Below are positions 26,326-41,300 of a DNA stretch of 64,000 nt, piece by piece; position 1 is the first letter of the stretch; the number at the start of each line of letters is the position of its first letter. The stretch is from Auanema rhodensis. Its lineage: Eukaryota > Animalia > Nematoda. The translations under genes and the position numbers were made by a program. A model generated the notes under the pieces. It made no database searches. It had not been told where the DNA came from and was given only the letters and a program-made list of their open reading frames with translations. The stretch covers positions 1,798,001 to 1,862,000 of the forward strand of contig OZ059894.1 in NCBI GenBank assembly GCA_964057225.1. Direction: 5' to 3'.

Positions 26326-29300
26326 GTGCATTTTTAAGCTAGCGCAAATCTGATAACACAGATCGACGCAGCTTGAAAATCCGCATCGAATGCACTATAC
26401 TACATTGAGAAACGCTTAATACAAAAATTAGTTATGATCGTTTGAAAAATGATGCATTAGTGTATGTTTAGTTTCCATGTACACTCAACATAGCTTCCAA
26501 AAACATTTTGACAAAATTTTTTTCGAAAAATTTCAAAATAATTTAGCAGAAAGTAGATGTTTTTAGATTCCTTTTTTTAAGGCAAAGACGACGGACAATG
26601 TTATTCAACGAAAAAATTAATTCTTCAGGGTGAAAATCGAGGATATAAGTGTGAACTTATATCAGTTGATATCTCGGTGCATTTTTAAGCTAGCGCAAAT
26701 CTGATAACACAGATCGACGCAGCTTGAAAATCCGCATCGAATGCACTATACTACTTTGAGAAACGCTTAATACAAAAATTAGTTATGATCGTTTGAAAAA
26801 TGATGCATTAGTGTATGTTGAGTTTCCATGTACACTCAACATAGCTTCCAAAAACATTTTGACAAAAATTTTTTCGAAAAATTTCAAAATAATTTAGCAG
26901 AAAGTAGATGTTTTTAGATTCCTTTTTTTAAGGCAAAGACGATAGACAATGTTATTCAACGAAAAAATTAATTCTTCAGGGTGAAAATCGAGGATATAAG
27001 TGTGAACTTATATCACTTGATATCTCGGTGCATTTTTAAGCTAGCGCAAATCTGATAACACAGATCGACGCAGCTTGAAAATCCGCATCGAATGCATTAT
27101 ACTACTTTGAGAAACGCTTAATACAAAAATTAGTTATGATCGTTTGAAAAATGATGCATTAGTGTATGTTGAGTTTCCATGTACACTCAACATAGCTTCC
27201 AAAAACATTTTGACAAAATTTTTTTCGAAAAATTTCAAAATAATTTAGCAGAAAGTAGATGTTTTTAGATTCCTTTTTTTAAGGCAAAGACGACGGACAA
27301 TGTTATTCAACGAAAAAATTAATTCTTCAGGGTGAAAATCGAGGATATAAGTGTGAACTTATATCAGTTGATATCTCGGTGCATTTTTAAGCTAGCGCAA
27401 ATCTGATAACACAGATCGACGCAGCTTGAAAATCCGCATCGAATGCACTATACTACTTTGAGAAACGCTTAATACAAAAATTAGTTATGATCGTTTGAAA
27501 AATGATGCATTAGTGTATGTTGAGTTTCCATGTACACTCAACATAGCTTCCAAAAACATTTTGACAAAAATTTTTTCGAAAAATTTCTAAATAATTTAGC
27601 AAAAAGTAGATGTTTTTAGATTCCTTTTTTTAAGGCAAAGACGATAGACAATGTTATTCAACGAAAAAATTAATTCTTCAGGGTGAAAATCGAGGATATA
27701 AGTGTGAACTTATATCAGTTGATATCTCGGTGCATTTTTAAGCTAGCGCAAATCTGATAACACAGATCGACGCAGCTTGAAAATCCGCATCGAATGCACT
27801 ATACTACTTTGAGAAACGCTTAATACAAAAATTAGTTATGATCGTTTGAAAAATGATGCATTAGTGTATGTTGAGTTTCCATGTACACTCAACATAGCTT
27901 CCAAAAACATTTTGACAAAAATTTTTTCGAAAAATTTCAAAATAATTTAGCAGAAAGTAGATGTTTTTAGATTCCTTTTTTTAAGGCAAAGACGATAGAC
28001 AATGTTATTCAACGAAAAAATTAATTCTTCAGGGTGAAAATCGAGGATATAAGTGTGAACTTATATCACTTGATATCTCGGTGCATTTTTAAGCTAGCGC
28101 AAATCTGATAACACAGATCGACGCAGCTTGAAAATCCGCATCGAATGCACTATACTACTTTGAGAAACGCTTAATACAAAAATTAGTTATGATCGTTTGA
28201 AAAATGATGCATTAGTGTATGTTGAGTTTCCATGTACACTCAACATAGCTTCCAAAAACATTTTGACAAAATTTTTTTCGAAAAATTTCAAAATAATTTA
28301 GCAGAAAGTAGATGTTTTTAGATTCCTTTTTTTAAGGCAATGACGACGGACAATGTTATTCAACGAAAAAATTAATTCTTCAGGGTGAAAATCGAGGATA
28401 TAAGTGTGAACTTATATCAGTTGATATCTCGGTGCATTTTTAAGCTAGCGCAAATCTGATAACACAGATCGACGCAGCTTGAAAATCCGCATCGAATGCA
28501 CTATACTACTTTGAGAAACGCTTAATACAAAAATTAGTTATGATCGTTTGAAAAATGATGCATTAGTGTATGTTGAGTTTCCATGTACACTCAACATAGC
28601 TTCCAAAAACATTTTGACAAAAATTTTTTCGAAAAATTTCTAAATAATTTAGCAAAAAGTAGATGTTTTTAGATTCCTTTTTTTAAGGCAAAGACGATAG
28701 ACAATGTTATTCAACGAAAAAATTAATTCTTCAGGGTGAAAATCGAGGATATAAGTGTGAACTTATATCAGTTGATATCTCGGTGCATTTTTAAGCTAGC
28801 GCAAATCTGATAACACAGATCGACGCAGCTTGAAAATCCGCATCGAATGCACTATACTACTTTGAGAAACGCTTAATACAAAAATTAGTTATGATCGTTT
28901 GAAAAATGATGCATTAGTGTATGTTGAGTTTCCATGTACACTCAACATAGCTTCCAAAAACATTTTGACAAAAATTTTTTCGAAAAATTTCTAAATAATT
29001 TAGCAAAAAGTAGATGTTTTTAGATTCCTTTTTTTAAGGCAAAGACGATAGACAATGTTATTCAACGAAAAAATTAATTCTTCAGGGTGAAAATCGAGGA
29101 TATAAGTGTGAACTTATATCAGTTGATATCTCGGTGCATTTTTAAGCTAGCGCAAATCTGATAACACAGATCGACGCAGCTTGAAAATCCGCATCGAATG
29201 CACTATACTACTTTGAGAAACGCTTAATACAAAAATTAGTTATGATCGTTTGAAAAATGATGCATTAGTGTATGTTGAGTTTCCATGTACACTCAACATA

Positions 29301-32300
29301 GCTTCCAAAAACATTTTGACAAAAATTTTTTCGAAAAATTTCAAAATAATTTAGCAGAAAGTAGATGTTTTTAGATTCCTTTTTTTAAGGCAAAGACGAT
29401 AGACAATGTTATTCAACGAAAAAATTAATTCTTCAGGGTGAAAATCGAGGATATAAGTGTGAACTTATATCACTTGATATCTCGGTGCATTTTTAAGCTA
29501 GCGCAAATCTGATAACACAGATCGACGCAGCTTGAAAATCCGCATCGTATGCACTATACTACTTTGAGAAACGCTTAATACAAAAATTAGTTATGATCGT
29601 TTGAAAAATGATGCATTAGTGTATGTTGAGTTTCCATGTACACTCAACATAGCTTCCAAAAACATTTTGACAAAATTTTTTTCGAAAAATTTCAAAATAA
29701 TTTAGCAGAAAGTAGATGTTTTTAGTTTCCTTTTTTTAAGGCAATGACGACGGACAATGGTATTCAACGAAAAAATTAATTCTTCAGGGTGAAAATCGAG
29801 GATATAAGTGTGAACTTATATCAGTTGATATCTCGGTGCATTTTTAAGCTAGCGCAAATCTGATAACACAGATCGACGCAGCTTGAAAATCCGCATCGAA
29901 TGCACTATACTACTTTGAGAAACGCTTAATACAAAAATTAGTTATGATCGTTTGAAAAATGATGCATTAGTGTATGTTGAGTTTCCATGTACACTCAACA
30001 TAGCTTCCAAAAACATTTTGACAAAAATTTTTTCGAAAAATTTCAAAATAATTTAGCAGAAAGTAGATGTTTTTAGATTCCTTTTTTTAAGGCAAAGACG
30101 ATAGACAATGTTATTCAACGAAAAAATTAATTCTTCAGGGTGAAAATCGAGGATATAAGTGTGAACTTATATCACTTGATATCTCGGTGCATTTTTAAGC
30201 TAGCGCAAATCTGATAACACAGATCGACGCAGCTTGAAAATCCGCATCGAATGCATTATACTACTTTGAGAAACGCTTAATACAAAAATTAGTTATGATC
30301 GTTTGAAAAATGATGCATTAGTGTATGTTGAGTTTCCATGTACACTCAACATAGCTTCCAAAAACATTTTGACAAAATTTTTTTCGAAAAATTTCAAAAT
30401 AATTTAGCAGAAAGTAGATGTTTTTAGATTCCTTTTTTTAAGGCAAAGACGACGGACAATGTTATTCAACGAAAAAATTAATTCTTCAGGGTGCAAATCG
30501 AGGATATAAGTGTGAACTTATATCAGTTGATATCTCGGTGCATTTTTAAGCTAGCGCAAATCTGATAACACAGATCGACGCAGCTTGAAAATCCGCATCG
30601 AATGCACTATACTACTTTGAGAAACGCTTAATACAAAAATTAGTTATGATCGTTTGAAAAATGATGCATTAGTGTATGTTGAGTTTCCATGTACACTCAA
30701 CATAGCTTCCAAAAACATTTTGACAAAAATTTTTTCGAAAAATTTCTAAATAATTTAGCAAAAAGTAGATGTTTTTAGATTCCTTTTTTTAAGGCAAAGA
30801 CGATAGACAATGTTATTCAACGAAAAAATTAATTCTTCAGGGTGAAAATCGAGGATATAAGTGTGAACTTATATCAGTTGATATCTCGGTGCATTTTTAA
30901 GCTAGCGCAAATCTGTTAACACAGATCGACGCAGCTTGAAAATCCGCATCGAATGCACTATACTACTTTGAGAAACGCTTAATACAAAAATTAGTTATGA
31001 TCGTTTGAAAAATGATGCATTAGTGTATGTTGAGTTTCCATGTACACTCAACATAGCTTCCAAAAACATTTTGACAAAAATTTTTTCGAAAAATTTCAAA
31101 ATAATTTAGCAGAAAGTAGATGTTTTTAGATTCCTTTTTTTAAGGCAAAGACGATAGACAATGTTATTCAACGAAAAAATTAATTCTTCAGGGTGAAAAT
31201 CGAGGATATAAGTGTGAACTTATATCACTTGATATCTCGGTGCATTTTTAAGCTAGCGCAAATCTGATAACACAGATCGACGCAGCTTGAAAATCCGCAT
31301 CGAATGCACTATACTACTTTGAGAAACGCTTAATACAAAAATTAGTTATGATCGTTTGAAAAATGATGCATTAGTGTATGTTGAGTTTCCATGTACACTC
31401 AACATAGCTTCCAAAAACATTTTGACAAAAATTTTTTCGAAAAATTTCTAAATAATTTAGCAAAAAGTAGATGTTTTTAGATTCCTTTTTTTAAGGCAAA
31501 GACGATAGACAATGTTATTCAACGAAAAAATTAATTCTTCAGGGTGAAAATCGAGGATATAAGTGTGAACTTATATCAGTTGATATCTCGGTGCATTTTT
31601 AAGCTAGCGCAAATCTGATAACACAGATCGACGCAGCTTGAAAATCCGCATCGAATGCACTATACTACTTTGAGAAACGCTTAATACAAAAATTAGTTAT
31701 GATCGTTTGAAAAATGATGCATTAGTGTATGTTGAGTTTCCATGTACACTCAACATAGCTTCCAAAAACATTTTGACAAAAATTTTTTCGAAAAATTTCA
31801 AAATAATTTAGCAGAAAGTAGATGTTTTTAGATTCCTTTTTTTAAGGCAAAGACGATAGACAATGTTATTCAACGAAAAAATTAATTCTTCAGGGTGAAA
31901 ATCGAGGATATAAGTGTGAACTTATATCACTTGATATCTCGGTGCATTTTTAAGCTAGCGCAAATCTGATAACACAGATCGACGCAGCTTGAAAATCCGC
32001 ATCGAATGCACTATACTACTTTGAGAAACGCTTAATACAAAAATTAGTTATGATCGTTTGAAAAATGATGCATTAGTGTATGTTGAGTTTCCATGTACAC
32101 TCAACATAGCTTCCAAAAACATTTTGACAAAATTTTTTTCGAAAAATTTCAAAATAATTTAGCAGAAAGTAGATGTTTTTAGTTTCCTTTTTTTAAGGCA
32201 ATGACGACGGACAATGGTATTCAACGAAAAAATTAATTCTTCAGGGTGAAAATCGAGGATATAAGTGTGAACTTATATCAGTTGATATCTCGGTGCATTT

Positions 32301-35300
32301 TTAAGCTAGCGCAAATCTGATAACACAGATCGACGCAGCTTGAAAATCCGCATCGAATGCACTATACTACTTTGAGAAACGCTTAATACAAAAATTAGTT
32401 ATGATCGTTTGAAAAATGATGCATTAGTGTATGTTGAGTTTCCATGTACACTCAACATAGCTTCCAAAAACATTTTGACAAAAATTTTTTCGAAAAATTT
32501 CAAAATAATTTAGCAGAAAGTAGATGTTTTTAGATTCCTTTTTTTAAGGCAAAGACGATAGACAATGTTATTCAACGAAAAAATTAATTCTTCAGGGTGA
32601 AAATCGAGGATATAAGTGTGAACTTATATCACTTGATATCTCGGTGCATTTTTAAGCTAGCGCAAATCTGATAACACAGATCGACGCAGCTTGAAAATCC
32701 GCATCGAATGCATTATACTACTTTGAGAAACGCTTAATACAAAAATTAGTTATGATCGTTTGAAAAATGATGCATTAGTGTATGTTGAGTTTCCATGTAC
32801 ACTCAACATAGCTTCCAAAAACATTTTGACAAAATTTTTTTCGAAAAATTTCAAAATAATTTAGCAGAAAGTAGATGTTTTTAGATTCCTTTTTTTAAGG
32901 CAAAGACGACGGACAATGTTATTCAACGAAAAAATTAATTCTTCAGGGTGAAAATCGAGGATATAAGTGTGAACTTATATCAGTTGATATCTCGGTGCAT
33001 TTTTAAGCTAGCGCAAATCTGATAACACAGATCGACGCAGCTTGAAAATCCGCATCGAATGCACTATACTACTTTGAGAAACGCTTAATACAAAAATTAG
33101 TTATGATCGTTTGAAAAATGATGCATTAGTGTATGTTGAGTTTCCATGTACACTCAACATAGCTTCCAAAAACATTTTGACAAAAATTTTTTCGAAAAAT
33201 TTCTAAATAATTTAGCAAAAAGTAGATGTTTTTAGATTCCTTTTTTTAAGGCAAAGACGATAGACAATGTTATTCAACGAAAAAATTAATTCTTCAGGGT
33301 GAAAATCGAGGATATAAGTGTGAACTTATATCAGTTGATATCTCGGTGCATTTTTAAGCTAGCGCAAATCTGTTAACACAGATCGACGCAGCTTGAAAAT
33401 CCGCATCGAATGCACTATACTACTTTGAGAAACGCTTAATACAAAAATTAGTTATGATCGTTTGAAAAATGATGCATTAGTGTATGTTGAGTTTCCATGT
33501 ACACTCAACATAGCTTCCAAAAACATTTTGACAAAAATTTTTTCGAAAAATTTCAAAATAATTTAGCAGAAAGTAGATGTTTTTAGATTCCTTTTTTTAA
33601 GGCAAAGACGATAGACAATGTTATTCAACGAAAAAATTAATTCTTCAGGGTGAAAATCGAGGATATAAGTGTGAACTTATATCACTTGATATCTCGGTGC
33701 ATTTTTAAGCTAGCGCAATTCTGATAACACAGATCGACGCAGCTTGAAAATCCGCATCGAATGCACTATACTACTTTGAGAAACGCTTAATACAAAAATT
33801 AGTTATGATCGTTTGAAAAATGATGCATTAGTGTATGTTGAGTTTCCATGTACACTCAACATAGCTTCCAAAAACATTTTGACAAAATTTTTTTCGAAAA
33901 ATTTCAAAATAATTTAGCAGAAAGTAGATGTTTTTAGATTCCTTTTTTTAAGGCAATGACGACGGACAATGTTATTCAACGAAAAAATTAATTCTTCAGG
34001 GTGAAAATCGAGGATATAAGTGTGAACTTATATCAGTTGATATCTCGGTGCATTTTTAAGCTAGCGCAAATCTGATAACACAGATCGACGCAGCTTGAAA
34101 ATCCGCATCGAATGCACTATACTACTTTGAGAAACGCTTAATACAAAAATTAGTTATGATCGTTTGAAAAATGATGCATTAGTGTATGTTGAGTTTCCAT
34201 GTACACTCAACATAGCTTCCAAAAACATTTTGACAAAAATTTTTTCGAAAAATTTCTAAATAATTTAGCAAAAAGTAGATGTTTTTAGATTCCTTTTTTT
34301 AAGGCAAAGACGATAGACAATGTTATTCAACGAAAAAATTAATTCTTCAGGGTGAAAATCGAGGATATAAGTGTGAACTTATATCAGTTGATATCTCGGT
34401 GCATTTTTAAGCTAGCGCAAATCTGATAACACAGATCGACGCAGCTTGAAAATCCGCATCGAATGCACTATACTACTTTGAGAAACGCTTAATACAAAAA
34501 TTAGTTATGATCGTTTGAAAAATGATGCATTAGTGTATGTTGAGTTTCCATGTACACTCAACATAGCTTCCAAAAACATTTTGACAAAAATTTTTTCGAA
34601 AAATTTCTAAATAATTTAGCAAAAAGTAGATGTTTTTAGATTCCTTTTTTTAAGGCAAAGACGATAGACAATGTTATTCAACGAAAAAATTAATTCTTCA
34701 GGGTGAAAATCGAGGATATAAGTGTGAACTTATATCAGTTGATATCTCGGTGCATTTTTAAGCTAGCGCAAATCTGATAACACAGATCGACGCAGCTTGA
34801 AAATCCGCATCGAATGCACTATACTACTTTGAGAAACGCTTAATACAAAAATTAGTTATGATCGTTTGAAAAATGATGCATTAGTGTATGTTGAGTTTCC
34901 ATGTACACTCAACATAGCTTCCAAAAACATTTTGACAAAAATTTTTTCGAAAAATTTCAAAATAATTTAGCAGAAAGTAGATGTTTTTAGATTCCTTTTT
35001 TTAAGGCAAAGACGATAGACAATGTTATTCAACGAAAAAATTAATTCTTCAGGGTGAAAATCGAGGATATAAGTGTGAACTTATATCACTTGATATCTCG
35101 GTGCATTTTTAAGCTAGCGCAAATCTGATAACACAGATCGACGCAGCTTGAAAATCCGCATCGAATGCACTATACTACTTTGAGAAACGCTTAATACAAA
35201 AATTAGTTATGATCGTTTGAAAAATGATGCATTAGTGTATGTTGAGTTTCCATGTACACTCAACATAGCTTCCAAAAACATTTTGACAAAATTTTTTTCG

Positions 35301-38300
35301 AAAAATTTCAAAATAATTTAGCAGAAAGTAGATGTTTTTAGTTTCCTTTTTTTAAGGCAATGACGACGGACAATGGTATTCAACGAAAAAATTAATTCTT
35401 CAGGGTGAAAATCGAGGATATAAGTGTGAACTTATATCAGTTGATATCTCGGTGCATTTTTAAGCTAGCGCAAATCTGATAACACAGATCGACGCAGCTT
35501 GAAAATCCGCATCGAATGCACTATACTACTTTGAGAAACGCTTAATACAAAAATTAGTTATGATCGTTTGAAAAATGATGCATTAGTGTATGTTGAGTTT
35601 CCATGTACACTCAACATAGCTTCCAAAAACATTTTGACAAAAATTTTTTCGAAAAATTTCTAAATAATTTAGCAAAAAGTAGATGTTTTTAGATTCCTTT
35701 TTTTAAGGCAAAGACGATAGACAATGTTATTCAACGAAAAAATTAATTCTTCAGGGTGAAAATCGAGGATATAAGTGTGAACTTATATCAGTTGATATCT
35801 CGGTGCATTTTTAAGCTAGCGCAAATCTGATAACACAGATCGACGCAGCTTGAAAATCCGCATCGAATGCACTATACTACTTTGAGAAACGCTTAATACA
35901 AAAATTAGTTATGATCGTTTGAAAAATGATGCATTAGTGTATGTTGAGTTTCCATGTACACTCAACATAGCTTCCAAAAACATTTTGACAAAAATTTTTT
36001 CGAAAAATTTCAAAATAATTTAGCAGAAAGTAGATGTTTTTAGATTCCTTTTTTTAAGGCAAAGACGATAGACAATGTTATTCAACGAAAAAATTAATTC
36101 TTCAGGGTGAAAATCGAGGATATAAGTGTGAACTTATATCACTTGATATCTCGGTGCATTTTTAAGCTAGCGCAAATCTGATAACACAGATCGACGCAGC
36201 TTGAAAATCCGCATCGAATGCACTATACTACTTTGAGAAACGCTTAATACAAAAATTAGTTATGATCGTTTGAAAAATGATGCATTAGTGTATGTTTAGT
36301 TTCCATGTACACTCAACATAGCTTCCAAAAACATTTTGACAAAAATTTTTTCGAAAAATTTCAAAATAATTTAGCAGAAAGTAGATGTTTTTAGATTCCT
36401 TTTTTTAAGGCAAAGACGATAGACAATGTTATTCAACGAAAAAATTAATTCTTCAGGGTGAAAATCGAGGATATAAGTGTGAACTTATATCAGTTGATAT
36501 CTCGGTGCATTTTTAAGCTAGCGCAAATCTGATAACACAGATCGACGCAGCTTGAAAATCCGCATCGAATGCACTATACTACATTGAGAAACGCTTAATA
36601 CAAAAATTAGTTATGATCGTTTGAAAAATGATGCATTAGTGTATGTTTAGTTTCCATGTACACTCAACATAGCTTCCAAAAACATTTTGACAAAATTTTT
36701 TTCGAAAAATTTCAAAATAATTTAGCAGAAAGTAGATGTTTTTAGATTCCTTTTTTTAAGGCAAAGACGACGGACAATGTTATTCAACGAAAAAATTAAT
36801 TCTTCAGGGTGAAAATCGAGGATATAAGTGTGAACTTATATCAGTTGATATCTCGGTGCATTTTTAAGCTAGCGCAAATCTGATAACACAGATCGACGCA
36901 GCTTGAAAATCCGCATCGAATGCACTATACTACTTTGAGAAACGCTTAATACAAAAATTAGTTATGATCGTTTGAAAAATGATGCATTAGTGTATGTTGA
37001 GTTTCCATGTACACTCAACATAGCTTCCAAAAACATTTTGACAAAAATTTTTTCGAAAAATTTCAAAATAATTTAGCAGAAAGTAGATGTTTTTAGATTC
37101 CTTTTTTTAAGGCAAAGACGATAGACAATGTTATTCAACGAAAAAATTAATTCTTCAGGGTGAAAATCGAGGATATAAGTGTGAACTTATATCACTTGAT
37201 ATCTCGGTGCATTTTTAAGCTAGCGCAAATCTGATAACACAGATCGACGCAGCTTGAAAATCCGCATCGAATGCATTATACTACTTTGAGAAACGCTTAA
37301 TACAAAAATTAGTTATGATCGTTTGAAAAATGATGCATTAGTGTATGTTGAGTTTCCATGTACACTCAACATAGCTTCCAAAAACATTTTGACAAAATTT
37401 TTTTCGAAAAATTTCAAAATAATTTAGCAGAAAGTAGATGTTTTTAGATTCCTTTTTTTAAGGCAAAGACGACGGACAATGTTATTCAACGAAAAAATTA
37501 ATTCTTCAGGGTGAAAATCGAGGATATAAGTGTGAACTTATATCAGTTGATATCTCGGTGCATTTTTAAGCTAGCGCAAATCTGATAACACAGATCGACG
37601 CAGCTTGAAAATCCGCATCGAATGCACTATACTACTTTGAGAAACGCTTAATACAAAAATTAGTTATGATCGTTTGAAAAATGATGCATTAGTGTATGTT
37701 GAGTTTCCATGTACACTCAACATAGCTTCCAAAAACATTTTGACAAAAATTTTTTCGAAAAATTTCTAAATAATTTAGCAAAAAGTAGATGTTTTTAGAT
37801 TCCTTTTTTTAAGGCAAAGACGATAGACAATGTTATTCAACGAAAAAATTAATTCTTCAGGGTGAAAATCGAGGATATAAGTGTGAACTTATATCAGTTG
37901 ATATCTCGGTGCATTTTTAAGCTAGCGCAAATCTGATAACACAGATCGACGCAGCTTGAAAATCCGCATCGAATGCACTATACTACTTTGAGAAACGCTT
38001 AATACAAAAATTAGTTATGATCGTTTGAAAAATGATGCATTAGTGTATGTTGAGTTTCCATGTACACTCAACATAGCTTCCAAAAACATTTTGACAAAAA
38101 TTTTTTCGAAAAATTTCAAAATAATTTAGCAGAAAGTAGATGTTTTTAGATTCCTTTTTTTAAGGCAAAGACGATAGACAATGTTATTCAACGAAAAAAT
38201 TAATTCTTCAGGGTGAAAATCGAGGATATAAGTGTGAACTTATATCACTTGATATCTCGGTGCATTTTTAAGCTAGCGCAAATCTGATAACACAGATCGA

Positions 38301-41300
38301 CGCAGCTTGAAAATCCGCATCGAATGCACTATACTACTTTGAGAAACGCTTAATACAAAAATTAGTTATGATCGTTTGAAAAATGATGCATTAGTGTATG
38401 TTGAGTTTCCATGTACACTCAACATAGCTTCCAAAAACATTTTGACAAAATTTTTTTCGAAAAATTTCAAAATAATTTAGCAGAAAGTAGATGTTTTTAG
38501 ATTCCTTTTTTTAAGGCAATGACGACGGACAATGTTATTCAACGAAAAAATTAATTCTTCAGGGTGAAAATCGAGGATATAAGTGTGAACTTATATCAGT
38601 TGATATCTCGGTGCATTTTTAAGCTAGCGCAAATCTGATAACACAGATCGACGCAGCTTGAAAATCCGCATCGAATGCACTATACTACTTTGAGAAACGC
38701 TTAATACAAAAATTAGTTATGATCGTTTGAAAAATGATGCATTAGTGTATGTTGAGTTTCCATGTACACTCAACATAGCTTCCAAAAACATTTTGACAAA
38801 AATTTTTTCGAAAAATTTCTAAATAATTTAGCAAAAAGTAGATGTTTTTAGATTCCTTTTTTTAAGGCAAAGACGATAGACAATGTTATTCAACGAAAAA
38901 ATTAATTCTTCAGGGTGAAAATCGAGGATATAAGTGTGAACTTATATCAGTTGATATCTCGGTGCATTTTTAAGCTAGCGCAAATCTGATAACACAGATC
39001 GACGCAGCTTGAAAATCCGCATCGAATGCACTATACTACTTTGAGAAACGCTTAATACAAAAATTAGTTATGATCGTTTGAAAAATGATGCATTAGTGTA
39101 TGTTGAGTTTCCATGTACACTCAACATAGCTTCCAAAAACATTTTGACAAAAATTTTTTCGAAAAATTTCTAAATAATTTAGCAAAAAGTAGATGTTTTT
39201 AGATTCCTTTTTTTAAGGCAAAGACGATAGACAATGTTATTCAACGAAAAAATTAATTCTTCAGGGTGAAAATCGAGGATATAAGTGTGAACTTATATCA
39301 GTTGATATCTCGGTGCATTTTTAAGCTAGCGCAAATCTGATAACACAGATCGACGCAGCTTGAAAATCCGCATCGAATGCACTATACTACTTTGAGAAAC
39401 GCTTAATACAAAAATTAGTTATGATCGTTTGAAAAATGATGCATTAGTGTATGTTGAGTTTCCATGTACACTCAACATAGCTTCCAAAAACATTTTGACA
39501 AAAATTTTTTCGAAAAATTTCAAAATAATTTAGCAGAAAGTAGATGTTTTTAGATTCCTTTTTTTAAGGCAAAGACGATAGACAATGTTATTCAACGAAA
39601 AAATTAATTCTTCAGGGTGAAAATCGAGGATATAAGTGTGAACTTATATCACTTGATATCTCGGTGCATTTTTAAGCTAGCGCAAATCTGATAACACAGA
39701 TCGACGCAGCTTGAAAATCCGCATCGAATGCACTATACTACTTTGAGAAACGCTTAATACAAAAATTAGTTATGATCGTTTGAAAAATGATGCATTAGTG
39801 TATGTTGAGTTTCCATGTACACTCAACATAGCTTCCAAAAACATTTTGACAAAATTTTTTTCGAAAAATTTCAAAATAATTTAGCAGAAAGTAGATGTTT
39901 TTAGATTCCTTTTTTTAAGGCAATGACGACGGACAATGGTATTCAACGAAAAAATTAATTCTTCAGGGTGAAAATCGAGGATATAAGTGTGAACTTATAT
40001 CAGTTGATATCTCGGTGCATTTTTAAGCTAGCGCAAATCTGATAACACAGATCGACGCAGCTTGAAAATCCGCATCGAATGCACTATACTACTTTGAGAA
40101 ACGCTTAATACAAAAATTAGTTATGATCGTTTGAAAAATGATGCATTAGTGTATGTTGAGTTTCCATGTACACTCAACATAGCTTCCAAAAACATTTTGA
40201 CAAAAATTTTTTCGAAAAATTTCTAAATAATTTAGCAAAAAGTAGATGTTTTTAGATTCCTTTTTTTAAGGCAAAGACGATAGACAATGTTATTCAACGA
40301 AAAAATTAATTCTTCAGGGTGAAAATCGAGGATATAAGTGTGAACTTATATCAGTTGATATCTCGGTGCATTTTTAAGCTAGCGCAAATCTGATAACACA
40401 GATCGACGCAGCTTGAAAATCCGCATCGAATGCACTATACTACTTTGAGAAACGCTTAATACAAAAATTAGTTATGATCGTTTGAAAAATGATGCATTAG
40501 TGTATGTTGAGTTTCCATGTACACTCAACATAGCTTCCAAAAACATTTTGACAAAAATTTTTTCGAAAAATTTCAAAATAATTTAGCAGAAAGTAGATGT
40601 TTTTAGATTCCTTTTTTTAAGGCAAAGACGATAGACAATGTTATTCAACGAAAAAATTAATTCTTCAGGGTGAAAATCGAGGATATAAGTGTGAACTTAT
40701 ATCACTTGATATCTCGGTGCATTTTTAAGCTAGCGCAAATCTGATAACACAGATCGACGCAGCTTGAAAATCCGCATCGAATGCACTATACTACTTTGAG
40801 AAACGCTTAATACAAAAATTAGTTATGATCGTTTGAAAAATGATGCATTAGTGTATGTTGAGTTTCCATGTACACTCAACATAGCTTCCAAAAACATTTT
40901 GACAAAATTTTTTTCGAAAAATTTCAAAATAATTTAGCAGAAAGTAGATGTTTTTAGATTCCTTTTTTTAAGGCAAAGACGATGGACAATGTTATTCAAC
41001 GAAAAAATTAATTCTTCAGGGTGAAAATCGAGGATATAAGTGTGAACTTATATCAGTTGATATCTCGGTGCATTTTTAAGCTAGCGCAAATCTGATAACA
41101 CAGATCGACGCAGCTTGAAAATCCGCATCGAATGCACTATACTACTTTGAGAAACGCTTAATACAAAAATTAGTTATGATCGTTTGAAAAATGATGCATT
41201 AGTGTATGTTGAGTTTCCATGTACACTCAACATAGCTTCCAAAAACATTTTGACAAAATTTTTTTCGAAAAATTTCAAAATAATTTAGCAGAAAGTAGAT

